DNA of 64,000 nucleotides from Lytechinus pictus. Its lineage: Eukaryota. The DNA lies in contig NC_087252.1 in the NCBI RefSeq assembly GCF_037042905.1, positions 1,304,001 to 1,368,000 on the forward strand, in the 5' to 3' direction. Below, one piece after another: positions 12,201 through 24,882 of the stretch (position 1 is the first letter of the stretch; the number at the start of each line of letters is the position of its first letter). The notes under the pieces are model-generated. The model did no database searches, was not told where the DNA came from, and saw nothing but the letters and a program-made list of their open reading frames with translations. The translations under genes were made by a program, and so were the position numbers.

Positions 12201-14174
12201 GAGTCTGTACTTTACATACATTATATACTAACATCCTTTACAGTACTTTGACAAACCACTGACTAAAACAAAATCATGAACAGAAAACATTTAATATTAT
12301 AATAGAATTTATAAACTTCAAACACTCTGTTTAATGCAAGAAAATGCTTTCAATTGCAAGTTCTGAACTGTATTTTACAGTATTTTAACGTTTTCAATTT
12401 GATATATTGGAACACTTAAAATCTATCGGTGATATGCCACACTCTTTCAACTAAACTTAAGTCTTTGTGAACAAGGCACATGATCTTGTAAAAAAAAATA
12501 CAAGATGACCTTATACAGGGTGACCATCTCAACTAAATATCCATGCTTCCTGTAACAGGGTGAAAATTACTTTTTTTAAAACCTTAAGTTTGTGAGTTGC
12601 ACAGAAAATTTTAATGAAAACTGACCTCAAATTGATATTCAATTACCCAAGAACACACACATTTGCTCGATTTTCCTGATTAATTATACATTCTAGTCAA
12701 TATCATCAATCATAAAAAAAAGTTCTCCATTGTTGCTAAGTTTTGTGTTACAGGCCCCTGGTATATGCATACACTGTACCTATACATGTAATAACTAACT
12801 TTGTGTCTTTTTTTTTTATTCCGAAATAAAATATCATGCAACTTCATTTTCATCAGAAGCATGCATTTATTGGGATATGCGCTGAGTTATGAGTTGCTCA
12901 AACAAACACTTGCTGCTATGGCCCCTGATGGACAAATACTCTTCAATTTATATTAAAATTAAGGAATTTTGAGAAACCCAAAGATACATCTCTTACTTAT
13001 CACTTAATTATCGATTTCTCCATGAAGACCTATACAAAATCCTGTGAAGAAATGTCACGTTGAACTTATTGATGAAAAACAATCCAAACTGAGTTGTTAT
13101 ATTTACTCGTATAAAAGAAATACCGGTAGAGAGTGTAAATGAGCCAAGGCATTGAACTAATGAAACCATTTAAACTCTGTCAACTGCTAAATAAACCTCA
13201 GATAAACAAAATTACAAACATCTGTTCAAATTTGAATCACAAATATATTCTGTTATAATTCTTATGTACCCAATCATGTTATAATTAGGCGTATGGTTCG
13301 TTCCAGTTATTGATTGATATAAGAATACCAAAAAAAAGTGTTTGAAATATCAAACAAATGTTAAGAAAATTCATCATGAAATAGAAAATTCAATGCGATT
13401 AAAATAATGATTATAACAAATAGAGGAAGAATAAACAAAATAAATCAAAAATCAATATTGTGGCTGTAATAGATTAGTTAAAACAGGAGCAAGCCCACAT
13501 GCATATGGCTTGACCCAAAGATATTAGAATCAATCCAAGAGATAGAAAAGACGGATTTGAGATTAAATGTACTTCTCTTTGAACTCTGCACTTACGAAAA
13601 CTCTTACCCTTTTACCTTTGAAATCCCCCTCCAGTTTATAAGGATGTTCGGGGAAGGGGGTGGTGTTCCATCAACATTTGTCCAGCGACAATTCAAGTCG
13701 ATGCTAAATTACAAAGCCCTCAGATGACCTCTAACACTTGTCAGAAGACATTATTCTCAAATTGAGTTGAGTGAGGTTCTCTGACTAATTAGGTCACAAC
13801 CACTCCCCAACTCCCCAAAATCGCAAGAAAGATGCCAAAGAATTTAATAATGTTGTGCCAGGACTATGAAACCAAACGGGAAGTAGATGAGCATAGACAA
13901 AATTGCAGTTTACTGCTTCTCAAGTTACTCCTCCCAAGCCTGCTGAGTTTTGAGTTAGTGGTCTGATCGGGAAGGAGTTGTTGGTTGACCTAAGATCTGT
14001 GTGGGACAGCCGAATATCTCTCTGATCTCGTCATGGAATTGATCCCCGTCGCTATAAAGAGAGTGGAAATCAAAGTAAAATTGAGTATTGCATACTGGGT
14101 TCTGTATCTTTAACGTCATCACACACTTACAATTGGTCTGCGACCCGATCGGGAATAAAACATAGTAAAATTTG

Positions 14175-14583
14175 GTGGATTCACAATATGGTGCGCCATC
14201 TATCGGTTGCCGCGAACAGGCCAAATTTCTATCTTCGGGGTCGACATCGAGCGCAGGCAGCGCCATAGAGATTAGTATACATCTCTATGGGCAGCGCACA
14301 GTGCACTGTGATGTGACTATGATGCTTCAAAAATGAAAACAATTTGGCAAAAGCAGCGGAAAAATTCACCGAAAACGGTCAAAATTTTGCAAAGAAATAT
14401 GCGGCAAATTTCTCTCCCACCTCCTGGACCCAAGTAAACAGCATATGTAAGCCGGTAGAGCCCTGTTGGCCAGCGCAGCATAATCGCATGCATGCAAGAG
14501 ATGTCAACTTTTTCCCAAGAGGCATTGCAAATTTCGTCCTGTCCGCTGCAACCAATAGATGGCGCACCGTATTGTGAATCCAC
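14175..14583. mobile_element. Inverted-repeat element (about 50-bp imperfect TIRs) flanked by 23-bp direct repeats
   Basis: gtggattcacaatatggtgcgccatctatcggttgc pairs with gcaaccaatagatggcgcaccgtattgtgaatccac. The flanks are ggaataaaacat(a/t)gtaaaatttg at 14152-14174 and 14584-14606. Confidence 0.7.
14256..14297. mobile_element. Putative P-element-type excision footprint (26 bp between 8-bp direct repeats)
   Basis: ggcagcgc|catagagattagtatacatctctatg|ggcagcgc. Confidence 0.7.
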
Positions 14584-17241
14584 GGAATAAAACATTGTAA
14601 AATTTGATGCAAATATTAGGACATGGAACATCTTACTGTAATAAGTTCTATAAATACTTTAATTTAAATCTGTGGCTATGCCACCATCCTTATTAGAATA
14701 AATGCAAATTGAATATCTAGTCGTAATGACTTCATAGCAATCCTCCTACAATTGACTACAAAACCAATTTGGTCTTTACTCCAAAACAATGTCTTGCAAT
14801 CATCAAAAATTGTTATATTAGTATTCTTACAGTTAATTTGAATCTCAAATAAAAAGATAAAGAATCATTATTACTTCTTTTGGGGGAATGTTTCATAAAC
14901 ATACCTTTAGACTCAAATCTCAATGTGTTATGAGCTCATTTAGTTCTTTGGAATGTCAACTCTATGATAGTCTACTTTAATAAAGGGAATCCAGTCACTT
15001 CAGTTCTTTGGCACCACCAAATAATGTAATCAGCCTCCGTCTTGTCTGGCTCTTGTAATTGCTCCAAGGTATGCTTTTGAAGTTCTGGGTGAAAAACAGA
15101 AGTAAACTGAAGTGTGATTACAATAGTGTATTGATATACATGTATTACTGATTTATAAGATATACCGCAATAAATATTTCTTATGTTATCATTGTATATA
15201 TTGTAAAACAAATGTTCATGTCAAGTGAATGAAGTTTGTTAATAAGTTAAATTCAATTCAATAATATTAACTATACTTTCTTATATTTGCCTTACAATTT
15301 CTTGATCAGGACACTGTTGCAAAAAAGAGTTGTATTTGAACACAAAAAATCAAGACTGAAATTATGAAACTATATGATCTTTCGGGGAGTTTTGTTAGGA
15401 AATTAAAAATAAATATTTAGATAAACTCACCATACTTGGCTATGTTTTATTCTATCCATGATCCGGCTGGAATGACCTGCTAACAAATGGAGGATTTACA
15501 AGGTGTGGCAGTACAAAGAAGCAGAATGAGTCTCTGAACAGTTCTTGCTTGCTGGGAAAAAAAAGAGAAAAATCAAAATGACTTTCCAACAGATTAGAGT
15601 TAGATTCATATGGCACTTTAAAAATCCTTGTGTTTTTGGTGATTGAAACATAATAAATATATCCCTGGGCATTGGATCTATCACTGTTCCACAAATAGAA
15701 TGCACCATCTCCACTCCTTGGGGAGCAACCTGGCCAGGCAACAGTGGTTTTTTTACCAATGCTTACATTGCAAGTTTCTTCTCCTACACTGCTAATAGTC
15801 ATGACTAAATATACGAAATTCCTGAAATTAGAGGGGGAATGGTATCTAATTCCTCATCAATGGAGTATGTTATTAATATTAGGGTAAACAAAGACTAGAT
15901 TATCAATATTCATTAATGGAATACAGCAAAAGTTCTTAATTCATTGTTTCAAACTCTAAACATTTCATGCAAAAAACGTTTTTTCAAAAACTTCCAACAC
16001 AAATAGAAAATTTTAGCAATAATGTATTAATTCAATATTTCTTTTTCTTCAAAATGTTAGTGTTAGGAAACAAGGAAAACTTTGCCAACAATTTGTTTAT
16101 ATTAAAAAAAAAATTAAAACTCAATATTTTGAACTCTGTACAATACTGATGTGAATAAACATGGAAAGCTTCTCTGCAAAGTTCGAATTAGAGAAATGAA
16201 CACAATTTAATTTTTTTTTCAGTTTTGAACATCATATCCTTAACCTTCATCACAATGATAAACTAACAATTCCTTGCAAAGTACATTCAGCAACAGTAAG
16301 AAACTGTCATAGACTAAAAAAGGTCCACACAATTTTGATGGCAGTCAGTTTTCTGTCAAAATTGTTGACTGTATATTCATCCTCTTATCAAATTATGCAA
16401 CACAGGTGAAGTTTCAAACATCCGCAGATAACAGCATTGTTTATACCCTATGTTTTTGTTTTGCTTCGAAGCATGTTTGAGATCAAATGGCTCCTCAGGA
16501 ATATTTTATCAACGATTGTCATTTGACATGTTGTGAGATCAGACAAATTTCCTAAAATTTTGATTGGCTGAGAAGCACAGTTCCTATGGTAACCATTGGA
16601 TTAAAGAGACCTTTCATGAAACCATAGTGTAATCCATTTGTTTCAATGAAATATAAAAGTGCCACATTATATCTCACCCAAAGTTAAGAAAAGGAAAAGC
16701 CTTGTAGGGCAATCAAAGTTGAAAAAGATAACCGAATTGTATGAACAATCCTGTAATATTATCAAGTCTACACACATAATATCTATTCTCTTTTAGAAAA
16801 TGTTTTGTCCTAAAATGCAATCATTCATATAACCCACCCCCTTTATATTCTTGAGTGTTCTGTGTCCTTCTTTATGGGAGGATCCAGTCAGGCTAGACAA
16901 CATTTCACATACTGATTATGAACAGAACAATGGTGATGTTGTAGGCCAGAGTTGGACGTGTGTTCCACCAGTGATGGTCGAGGTTTTGACATAGAATAAA
17001 GTTCATTGACCTTATATGTGCTGTGTTGTTCATTGAACTCTGGTTCCATATACGTCCAACCCTGACCCACGACAGTGAGCCCATCTCGAGTGTTGCCTGA
17101 TCCGACTAGATCCGTCACTGCTTCTGGGCCCAATAATAAAATCTTCCATGGCAATTCATCATAGATAGACTGAAAGCACATATTTTCATTGCAATTATTC
17201 TTGTTAAAATCCCCCTTAATCAAACCAAGTAGTTCTAGACT

Positions 17242-17428
17242 AGGTTCCATAATATTTGCTTCGGCAACCTATAAATTCAACATAATGATCAAATGATTAA
17301 CTTCAACCCTGGATTTGAAACTATACCCTAACCTAAACCTAACATAAACCCTATTGCAACCCTAACCCTATATATCTTAGACCAAATAAGACCAGAGCAA
17401 TAACCGCAGGAGCAAATGTTGTGTCAAG
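17242..17428. mobile_element. Degenerate MITE of the family at 56944-57147
   Basis: ggttccataatatttgct ... ggagcaaatgttgtgtc with internal cctaaccct-like repeats. Confidence 0.55.
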
Positions 17429-17538
17429 TGAAAATTTTACCCTTCAAAACAATCCAAGCTGGCCCGACGTGTGCAGGGTACCATGTGTATGCCCCATTCC
17501 ATTCACATGATAAACCACTATGATGGTTTTGTACGACA

Positions 17539-18848
17539 TTACTTGCTGTGAGAATGTGACATGTGACTGGCCAAACACCCACTCTGTAAGAAACTTCTCT
17601 TACAGATAGGACAGCAATACGGTCTCTCGTTGGTGTGGACCCTCATGTGCTTCTTGAGGTCGCTGCGATGGTTACTCCTGTGGCCGCATTCCTGGCAGAG
17701 GTACGGCTGCGAGTTGGTGTGCGTCCGCTTGTGGACGCGGAGGAGCTGCGCGGTGACAAACCGTTTGTCGCATTCACAGCAAATGTGGTTGAGTTCCCCG
17801 GTGTGAACAGCTTTCTCGTGCTTCGCCAGGTCGTAGCGCCGGCTGTACGATTTGCCACAGGTGCTGCATGTGTGAATTTTCAACCCTGCGTGCGTTCTCA
17901 TGTGGCAGTGCAGTCCGAAGTTCCGGGTGAAACGCATGTCGCAGAGTTCACAGGCAAAAGGTTTCTCACCGGAGTGAACACGGAAGTGGCGTTCAAGGTC
18001 TGGTTTCCTCTTGAAGCCACGGCCACACTGCGGACACTGTAATCGAGATTTGTCTTTCATTGGCCGTCCCATCCGAACTTGACATGTTCTTTTGTTCACT
18101 TTGGGGTTATTGGTAATGGCTCCTGAAGAACCATTGCCATCACAAATATCAATATGATCATTTTCTTTCAGAACAAGCTGTTTTCTCTCGACTGCATCAT
18201 CTTCATTATCAGCACTAGTTTCCGCCCCATTCTGGAATCTGGCAGGCACCCTTCCTCTAAGCCTCAACCCTGATTGCTTCCGGACTTCTAAACCATCGTC
18301 TTCAATCACGGATCTCTCTTCATGTTCTTCCTGCATAATATCCTTTGTGTCTCTTTGTCCTCTCTCCTTTTCTACATCTCCTGATCCTGCATGAGCCCTT
18401 AAATGCCTGGCATAGCATTTGCAATCAGTCGGGAACCTACTGCATTCATCACAATAGTACAGAGAAGGGTCCCCAGAGTCACCCTCGCTGCAATGGACAA
18501 ACCCATTCTGAAAAACTCTAAATGGACTTGATATTCCGGTGGTACCAATCGACATTCTTGCTCCAGCAACCTTCTGCTCAGAGTGCAGGTCACTGTCACT
18601 TCCTCTTTGACCGGATGTTGAGCTTCCACCATTAGTCAAAGAATCATGTCTTTCCAAACTTCTTCCCTGCCTACTTGCTGCTTCCACTGCAAGAACAGTT
18701 TCAGCAGTCAGTGAAGTGTGGCTGAGACCTCTTTTTTTTTCTTGACCTTGACTTTGACCTTGACCTTCTTCCAGAGGTTGTCTGTCGGCCGTGTATTCTC
18801 CATCACTATCATCCTCTTCAATCCATCCCAAATCGTTGTCATCACCAC
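17539..18848 (-). CDS. C2H2 zinc-finger protein, last coding exon (6 tandem fingers plus 1 isolated finger)
   Basis: Six CxxC...HxxxH fingers with SGEKPF/TGELNH/TNERPY-type linkers, plus an isolated YYCDEC...RHLRAH. Acceptor ttttatcaaag|GT at 18848, phase 1. Stop at 17539. Confidence 0.92.
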
Positions 18849-19667
18849 CTTTGATAAAATTGCAACATCAGAGCATGATTTAATATTCACTACATCACAA
18901 CAGGGATAACTTTACTTCTCAAGTTTGATTAGCATTTCCGATTATAGGAGAAAAAATTGCTGCAAAGTAGCTGTCATTAAAGTTATAGGAGAAAAGCTTT
19001 AAACAATCTTCTGTCTGGTCCTATGTGAACATTAAAAAAATTGCTACAAAAGAAGATATTTTGTGTAGTTTTTGGGGGAAGCTGTCATAAGAAACGAGGA
19101 GCAAATTGTGAAGCAATACCAGGAAAATTATTCCCTTATATCTAATCATGTAACTTTATGGAATTCATTCTTCTTGCCATCTGTACTCACTTATTTAATT
19201 TTCAGTGAGTAACGATCAAGAGCTATTATGTACAGCAAGTATTCACAAAGTTTCTTATCCCAAATTATTCAGATTTATATCAAGGTTAATATCAACTATA
19301 ATAATTTACGCATATAAGTAGATTCAGCTAGATATTTTTACATAAATCTTCTAAAAATGCTAATAACAGGTATAGACACTCTTTATTCAGATTCTTATCC
19401 AAATTACAGATAAGTATTCCATATTATAAATGCATTCTTAAGTTTTCATTTTATATTTCTGTTGAATTATCGGTGACAGCAGTCTCATTTTCATGAAGAA
19501 AATGAGACGTGGCTAACAAAATATCTCAAACAAGCAATGAAAAAAAGAAATAGTCGTGGGGTTCTGGCACTCCACGTACCAGTCTATAAGTTAGTCATGT
19601 TGAACTTGGAGGAGATAGAGCTTTATGAAGCATCCCACCAAAAGAAAAATTCAGAAAAAATACCAAC

Positions 19668-19779
19668 CTTCGTCATATTCTGACAGATCTTCTTCTTCTT
19701 TAATGAGAATAGCAGTGTTTGATGGAGAGGCAGAAGAGTGGCTGGCTTCTGTCATATTCATATTAGGGAAGACTTTCAT
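19668..19779 (-). CDS. C2H2 zinc-finger protein, first coding exon (MKVFPNMNMTEASHSSASPSNTAILIKEEEDLSEYDE-G)
   Basis: Acceptor ctgcag| before 19792, ATG at 19779, donor GAAG|gttggt at 19668. Phase 1 matches the next exon. Joined CDS is 1422 nt, 473 aa. Confidence 0.75.
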
Positions 19780-20804
19780 GTTCACATCTCATCTGCAGGT
19801 CAAACAAGCAAAAAAGGTGTCACATAACATCACATCACATCAGGTATGAAGGACTTCTCCTGTAGATTTTCCGGTCTTTACTTTGGGTATTTGACATTTT
19901 ATCTAAAGTTAGACAGTCTGAATTTATAATAATAATAATTAATAATAAAAATGATAATTGTACATTCATATTGCGCAATTTCTATGAGTATATACTCAAC
20001 TGCGCATTACAATAATAAAACTTAAAATAGCTAACAAGATAAATACATGAAAGTATGATTTAGTTCTAATTCCTGGAAAAGGGAAGCCTATCTCTGCAAA
20101 TTATATAACAAAAAGTGACTTATTTATTGATACTCTCATGAAAAAGGTGGGTTTTTAGTTTAGTTTTGAAGAAGGTAATAGATATGCATTTCTTATTACC
20201 TTTTCTCATTTCTTAGTATTTATGAAACTTTACATATGTTGAGAACTTTGGATATATATAGGCCTATTTGTTAAATCATTAAACATGTTGAAGATCATGA
20301 TTGTAAATGATTGAAAAATGGTTTACAAACAAAGATCATTTAATAAATGTCAATACTTACTTGAACTCATTCACTTGAATCCAGGCTATCCCCCCCCCCC
20401 CGGAAAATTATCCCTTACTACACATCAATGGAAACTTTTGCAAGGACTGGCCACTGGAACTCATGCCCCATTCCCCCCCCCCCCCCCAAGCGATAATACT
20501 GGGTTTTACTTTTAGGGAACTAAATCATCTGCACACAAAAGTGGTCGCTAACTTCACCCAACTCATCCAAGCATATCACACTGTAAAATAATTGATAAAT
20601 AGCCATCCCCCATTCCGTTGGTGCTGCCTGGCGGCAGGCTCACCCCTTAATTTATTGAATATTGTTTTTAATTAGGGACCTGATAAATCCAACAAATGAT
20701 GAATCGGCCTGCCTACCCTTTTCAATATGCGAAATAAACAAATACATGAGTTCTATAATAGTAGCAAGTAACAAGATTTCATTAACTTCACAGCAGGTTG
20801 AACT

Positions 20805-21333
20805 CCCGGGGGGGGGGGGGGGGACATATAATGTTAGGTGGGTATATGCCGCGGAGGGGACCCCCATTTTTACACTCAAATTTCCGTTCCAAGGCATGAC
20901 ATTTTTATCTTATTGAGAAAAAGAACAAGGATAGCCGCTCCAAAGCATATCATATTCTTATTGAGAAAAAAAGAAAAAAGACATCCATTCCAAAGCTTTG
21001 GAAATATTTTTGGTTACGCCATTCCAGCCTCATTGATCTGCTAGAATGAGCTGCAATTTCAGTGAAAAGCGAGCGCAGAGCGCTGTCAGACCATCGCCTC
21101 TGCAGTCTGCTCGAGCGCACCTGGCGCCCGTGCCGCTGGGCTAGCTGCATGCACGTATGCCCGTTCCAGCATGCACGCTCACACACAGGCGACCCGTTCC
21201 AAGGACCCCCGTTTTCACAAACATTTGCAGTTCCGAAGCCCGTTCCGAGGACCCTCCTTTTTAAAAAGCCCATTTTTTGTCTTGCCCGCGGCACATACCT
21301 ACCACTTTTTGGGTAGAGTACCCCTCCCGAGGG
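20805..21333. mobile_element. Non-autonomous DNA transposon with CCC(G)n ends and 6-bp TSD
   Basis: tgaact|cccggggg...gtacccctcccgaggg|tgaact. Subterminal inverted motifs (gtatatgccgcgg / ccgcggcacatac). Confidence 0.75.
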
Positions 21334-21612
21334 TGAACTTCCTAATGAACAAGGTTATGATATAACCTTGCTTTCTGTTACTACTCCATGTGTGGTAAAA
21401 TACGGTTGGCAATGTTTGGCTTATTTTCTCTTTTTCTTTGGGTCAAATGCTTGATTTTTTACCACTGTCATTTTAAACATCTGCTGGATAAATTTTGGTG
21501 GGGGGGGGGGAGATTTAAAACCTCAATTTCTCAAGTTTAAACTGTCTAGATAATTGTCAATTACAGAAGTAAAGACCGGAAAACCTACAGGAGAAGTCCT
21601 TCATTTCCGTAC

Positions 21613-21695
21613 CTGATGTGATGTGATGATTCCAATACAGCTAATCATCATATTCCTCGGCTCTTTAGTATATTTGATTCTTTTAATTATTTTAT
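21613..21695 (-). other. Putative 5'-UTR exon of the zinc-finger gene
   Basis: Minus strand reads tttatttttaatttag|ATAAAA...CACATCAG|gtacgg. Supported by splice signals only. Confidence 0.4.
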
Positions 21696-23172
21696 CTAAA
21701 TTAAAAATAAAGATTGATAAATGACAATTTTCTTGCCATATTACTTTCCACCAATAGAGGGCGTACACAAAAAAATGCCAAATTTCAAGTTTTTTTGTGC
21801 TTTGGAGAATACAAAACTTATTCCCAAGTTACGAGTTAGATCTAGGTCTACTATAATGAAAGATAAATTGCATCTGTATTGGAAATTAGTATTTTTGGTC
21901 ACAAAAGTGATATTTTGTGGGCTGTGTACAGCATATAGTATTGGCATACCATACTCCATAGTCCTACCTGTAGATTCCCCACAGGCAGGATGGTTGCAAG
22001 TTCCATGAGCCTAATTACAACAGGAAGGCTAAAGATATTCGTTCGACCCAACCCATTTGATTTTTCTATAATTTGATATTGCTGATTGACAAAAGTGTAT
22101 GAATATAAATTGAAAGTCTAACACTGATTCTAGAAATGGTAACTACTGAACTTCCTTTCCCCAAATTGGGAAGATAATATCAATGACTTAGGAACTATTT
22201 TTTGACTGGTGGAAGAATTAGGGCTATTTTACTGTTTCAGTAGATAAATTTGATCCCATCAGTTATCTTCATAAATCGCCATTTATTTTTTAAAAAGTGC
22301 CATTTTAACACACAAGGCTACGACTATGAGGAATGTTTTACGCGCGTGACACCTGCAGTGGGCAACATTTTAATTTATTTTAATTTCTCCTCGTACACAA
22401 ACGGCTCGCTATCGTGTAGACAGCTGATAGCCATCTGTTTCGAGGAGTTTTTTAACATTTTTTTTTTTAATTTCTCCTCGTACACAGACGGCTCACTATC
22501 GTGCAGCCACCATTAAAACTAGAACTTTTTTAGAAGGTTAACAATGCAAAATCCCCCCAATGGGGCTCATCGATTTTTGTCTTTTTTTCATAAAAATATA
22601 TAAAAAGAACTGTACCAAAATAAAGATTATTATTCCATTTTGGCCTGAAATGCACCAACACAGGGAATGATAAACTTTAAAGGGGAAAAAACAGTGACTT
22701 ATTACTTCGGCTGTCGCGCAACTTCACTTCCCTGTTTTATCGAACTTAATACATAAACATATGGCCATTGAGTACCCTGTACAGATCGAGCTAGAACTTG
22801 CGCCTCTGTATTTTGGTGAGTGAAGCCAACGGAGTTCAGCGGAACAACCAACATAACAGAGACCGAAGCTTTTGGTCTACTGTAGTGACTCAGTCACTCT
22901 CACTTCCCAACTGCGACTGGTAACACGAATATGAAGACGTGGGACTAAAATAAAAAAAATAAAATTATTATTATTATGAATATGAGACTCATTGAGGGAA
23001 ATCGTGACACTTATATTGACATCACAGACTTACCATGTACTATGACCATCATACATAAAACAAGAGTCGATCTTCAAATCTGGAATTCTACGTATTATAG
23101 GCAAATGGATAATTTTCTACACTGAGATGAGATATAAATTATAAATCAGCATTCTCGTATTTTTTTTTACAA

Positions 23173-23191
23173 CGCTGCCATCTCGTGGCAG
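23173..23191 (-). promoter_or_regulatory. CTCF-like motif near the presumed zinc-finger gene start
   Basis: Minus strand ctgccacgagatggcagcg matches the CCACNAGATGGCAG core. A strong minus-strand donor (CATG|gtaagt) at 23034 suggests a nearby first exon. Confidence 0.45.
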
Positions 23192-23311
23192 CTTTGATCA
23201 CTGCAGTGCATGCAGTGCGCGGCCGGCCCAAGATGAAATATCTTGAGCACTAGATATATATTTTTTTTTGGGGGGGGGGGTGTTCATGGACTAGGTTTCT
23301 CTTCCTTTAAG

Positions 23312-23930
23312 ATCATCCCCACCACTACCATCACCATCATCTTCGTCACCATCATCACCATCATCATCACCATCATTCATCATTATCACCATCATCATCA
23401 TCATCACCATCATTATCTTCATCACAATCATCGTTAATCATGATCATCATCATCACCATCATCATTATTACAATCATCACCATCATCCTCCTCCTCATCA
23501 TCATCATCAACACCACCATCATCATCATCCCTCCTCATCATTCATCATCATCATCATCAACATCACCATCATCATCATCCCTCCTCATCATTCATCATCA
23601 TCATCATCAACACCACCATCATCATCATCCCTCATCATCATTCATCATCATCATCACCATTATCACCATCATCATCATCATCACCATGACCATCATCATC
23701 ATCACCATCATCATCATTACCATCCTCATCATCATCATCACAATCATCATTCATCATCACCACCATCATCATCACCATCATCATCATCACCATCCTCATC
23801 ATCATCATCACAATCATCATTCATCATCATCACCACAGACACCACCATCCTCATCATCATCATCATCACCACAACCACCACCACCATCATCACCATTATC
23901 ATAATCCCAGCATCATCATCATCATTATCG
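23312..23930. repeat. Imperfect (CAT)n microsatellite
   Basis: Long cat/cac triplet tract that explains the poly-H/I/S and poly-D/M ORFs. Confidence 0.95.
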
Positions 23931-24882
23931 TTAAATCGCCATCGAACAATAAATTCCAAACTAGGTATTCAACTGTTGTCCCCTTTATAATTGAAAAACC
24001 TTGAACCGAATACTACAACAGATCCTTTTGCTATCAAGGCTCTGTCATTTGGAATGCACTATCCCCTTCTATCCGATTAGTAAACTCACTTGATTCATTA
24101 GAAACACACTGGAAATTCATCTCCCTCAAACCGATATGTTTTCAAGATTTCCAAGAATACTTTATTTTGTTATTAGTTTATTAGTGATCTTGATTTCCCT
24201 TTTTTTGTTATTTCTGTTTTTCCCCTCCCTCATTCATTATTATGTTCATTTTGTTGACTATTGTATGTATGTATTATTGTTTTGTTATGTTTTTTTTTTT
24301 ATTTCTGTTGATACAGGGCCCCTTTGTGGAACAGTTTTTATAACTGAAAAACGGCTACATTCTTAAAATAAAACGGCAAATAAATAAAATCAATCAATGA
24401 ATACTGATATGAAGGTTTCAAAGTGGGAACTTTGGGAACTGCGCTTTTACAAGGCCACTTGGCTTTATTTATGCAGTTCCACATTTCATTTTCATTTTTT
24501 ACTCTTGCTTGTAAATATATTGTTTCTCATACCTTGCTTTATAATTGTTTTTATCGAGAATGAAATAAATGCAAATTTAATTGAATTGAAAGGTCTCCTC
24601 GTCTTCCTTTAAAATTATTTCTTTTCTGTCTTAAGCTGTATAATGTATTTAAAAACAATGTTTTCTGCATACTCTGTTTTATATATACCTTTTTATCATG
24701 TACTCTGCTCATTGTTTCATACACACTTATATGTTTTTCATGTATTCAAACTCAAAGTTGGAAGACAAATAAAATGAACTTATGAACTAATGAACTTATA
24801 AAGTGTGTCGACTTTACTCATTGTATCTATCCAGAAAAAGCCATTCGAAGTTTTAGTTTTTTTATTCAGTGACCAGTATTAA

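Noticed and set aside
16888..17250. 120-aa minus-strand ORF downstream of the zinc-finger stop
   Set aside because: It starts in a MITE end and has no motif. It is probably 3'-UTR or intergenic.
23243..23959. His/Ile/Ser-rich and Asp/Met-rich ORFs
   Set aside because: They come from the (CAT)n microsatellite.
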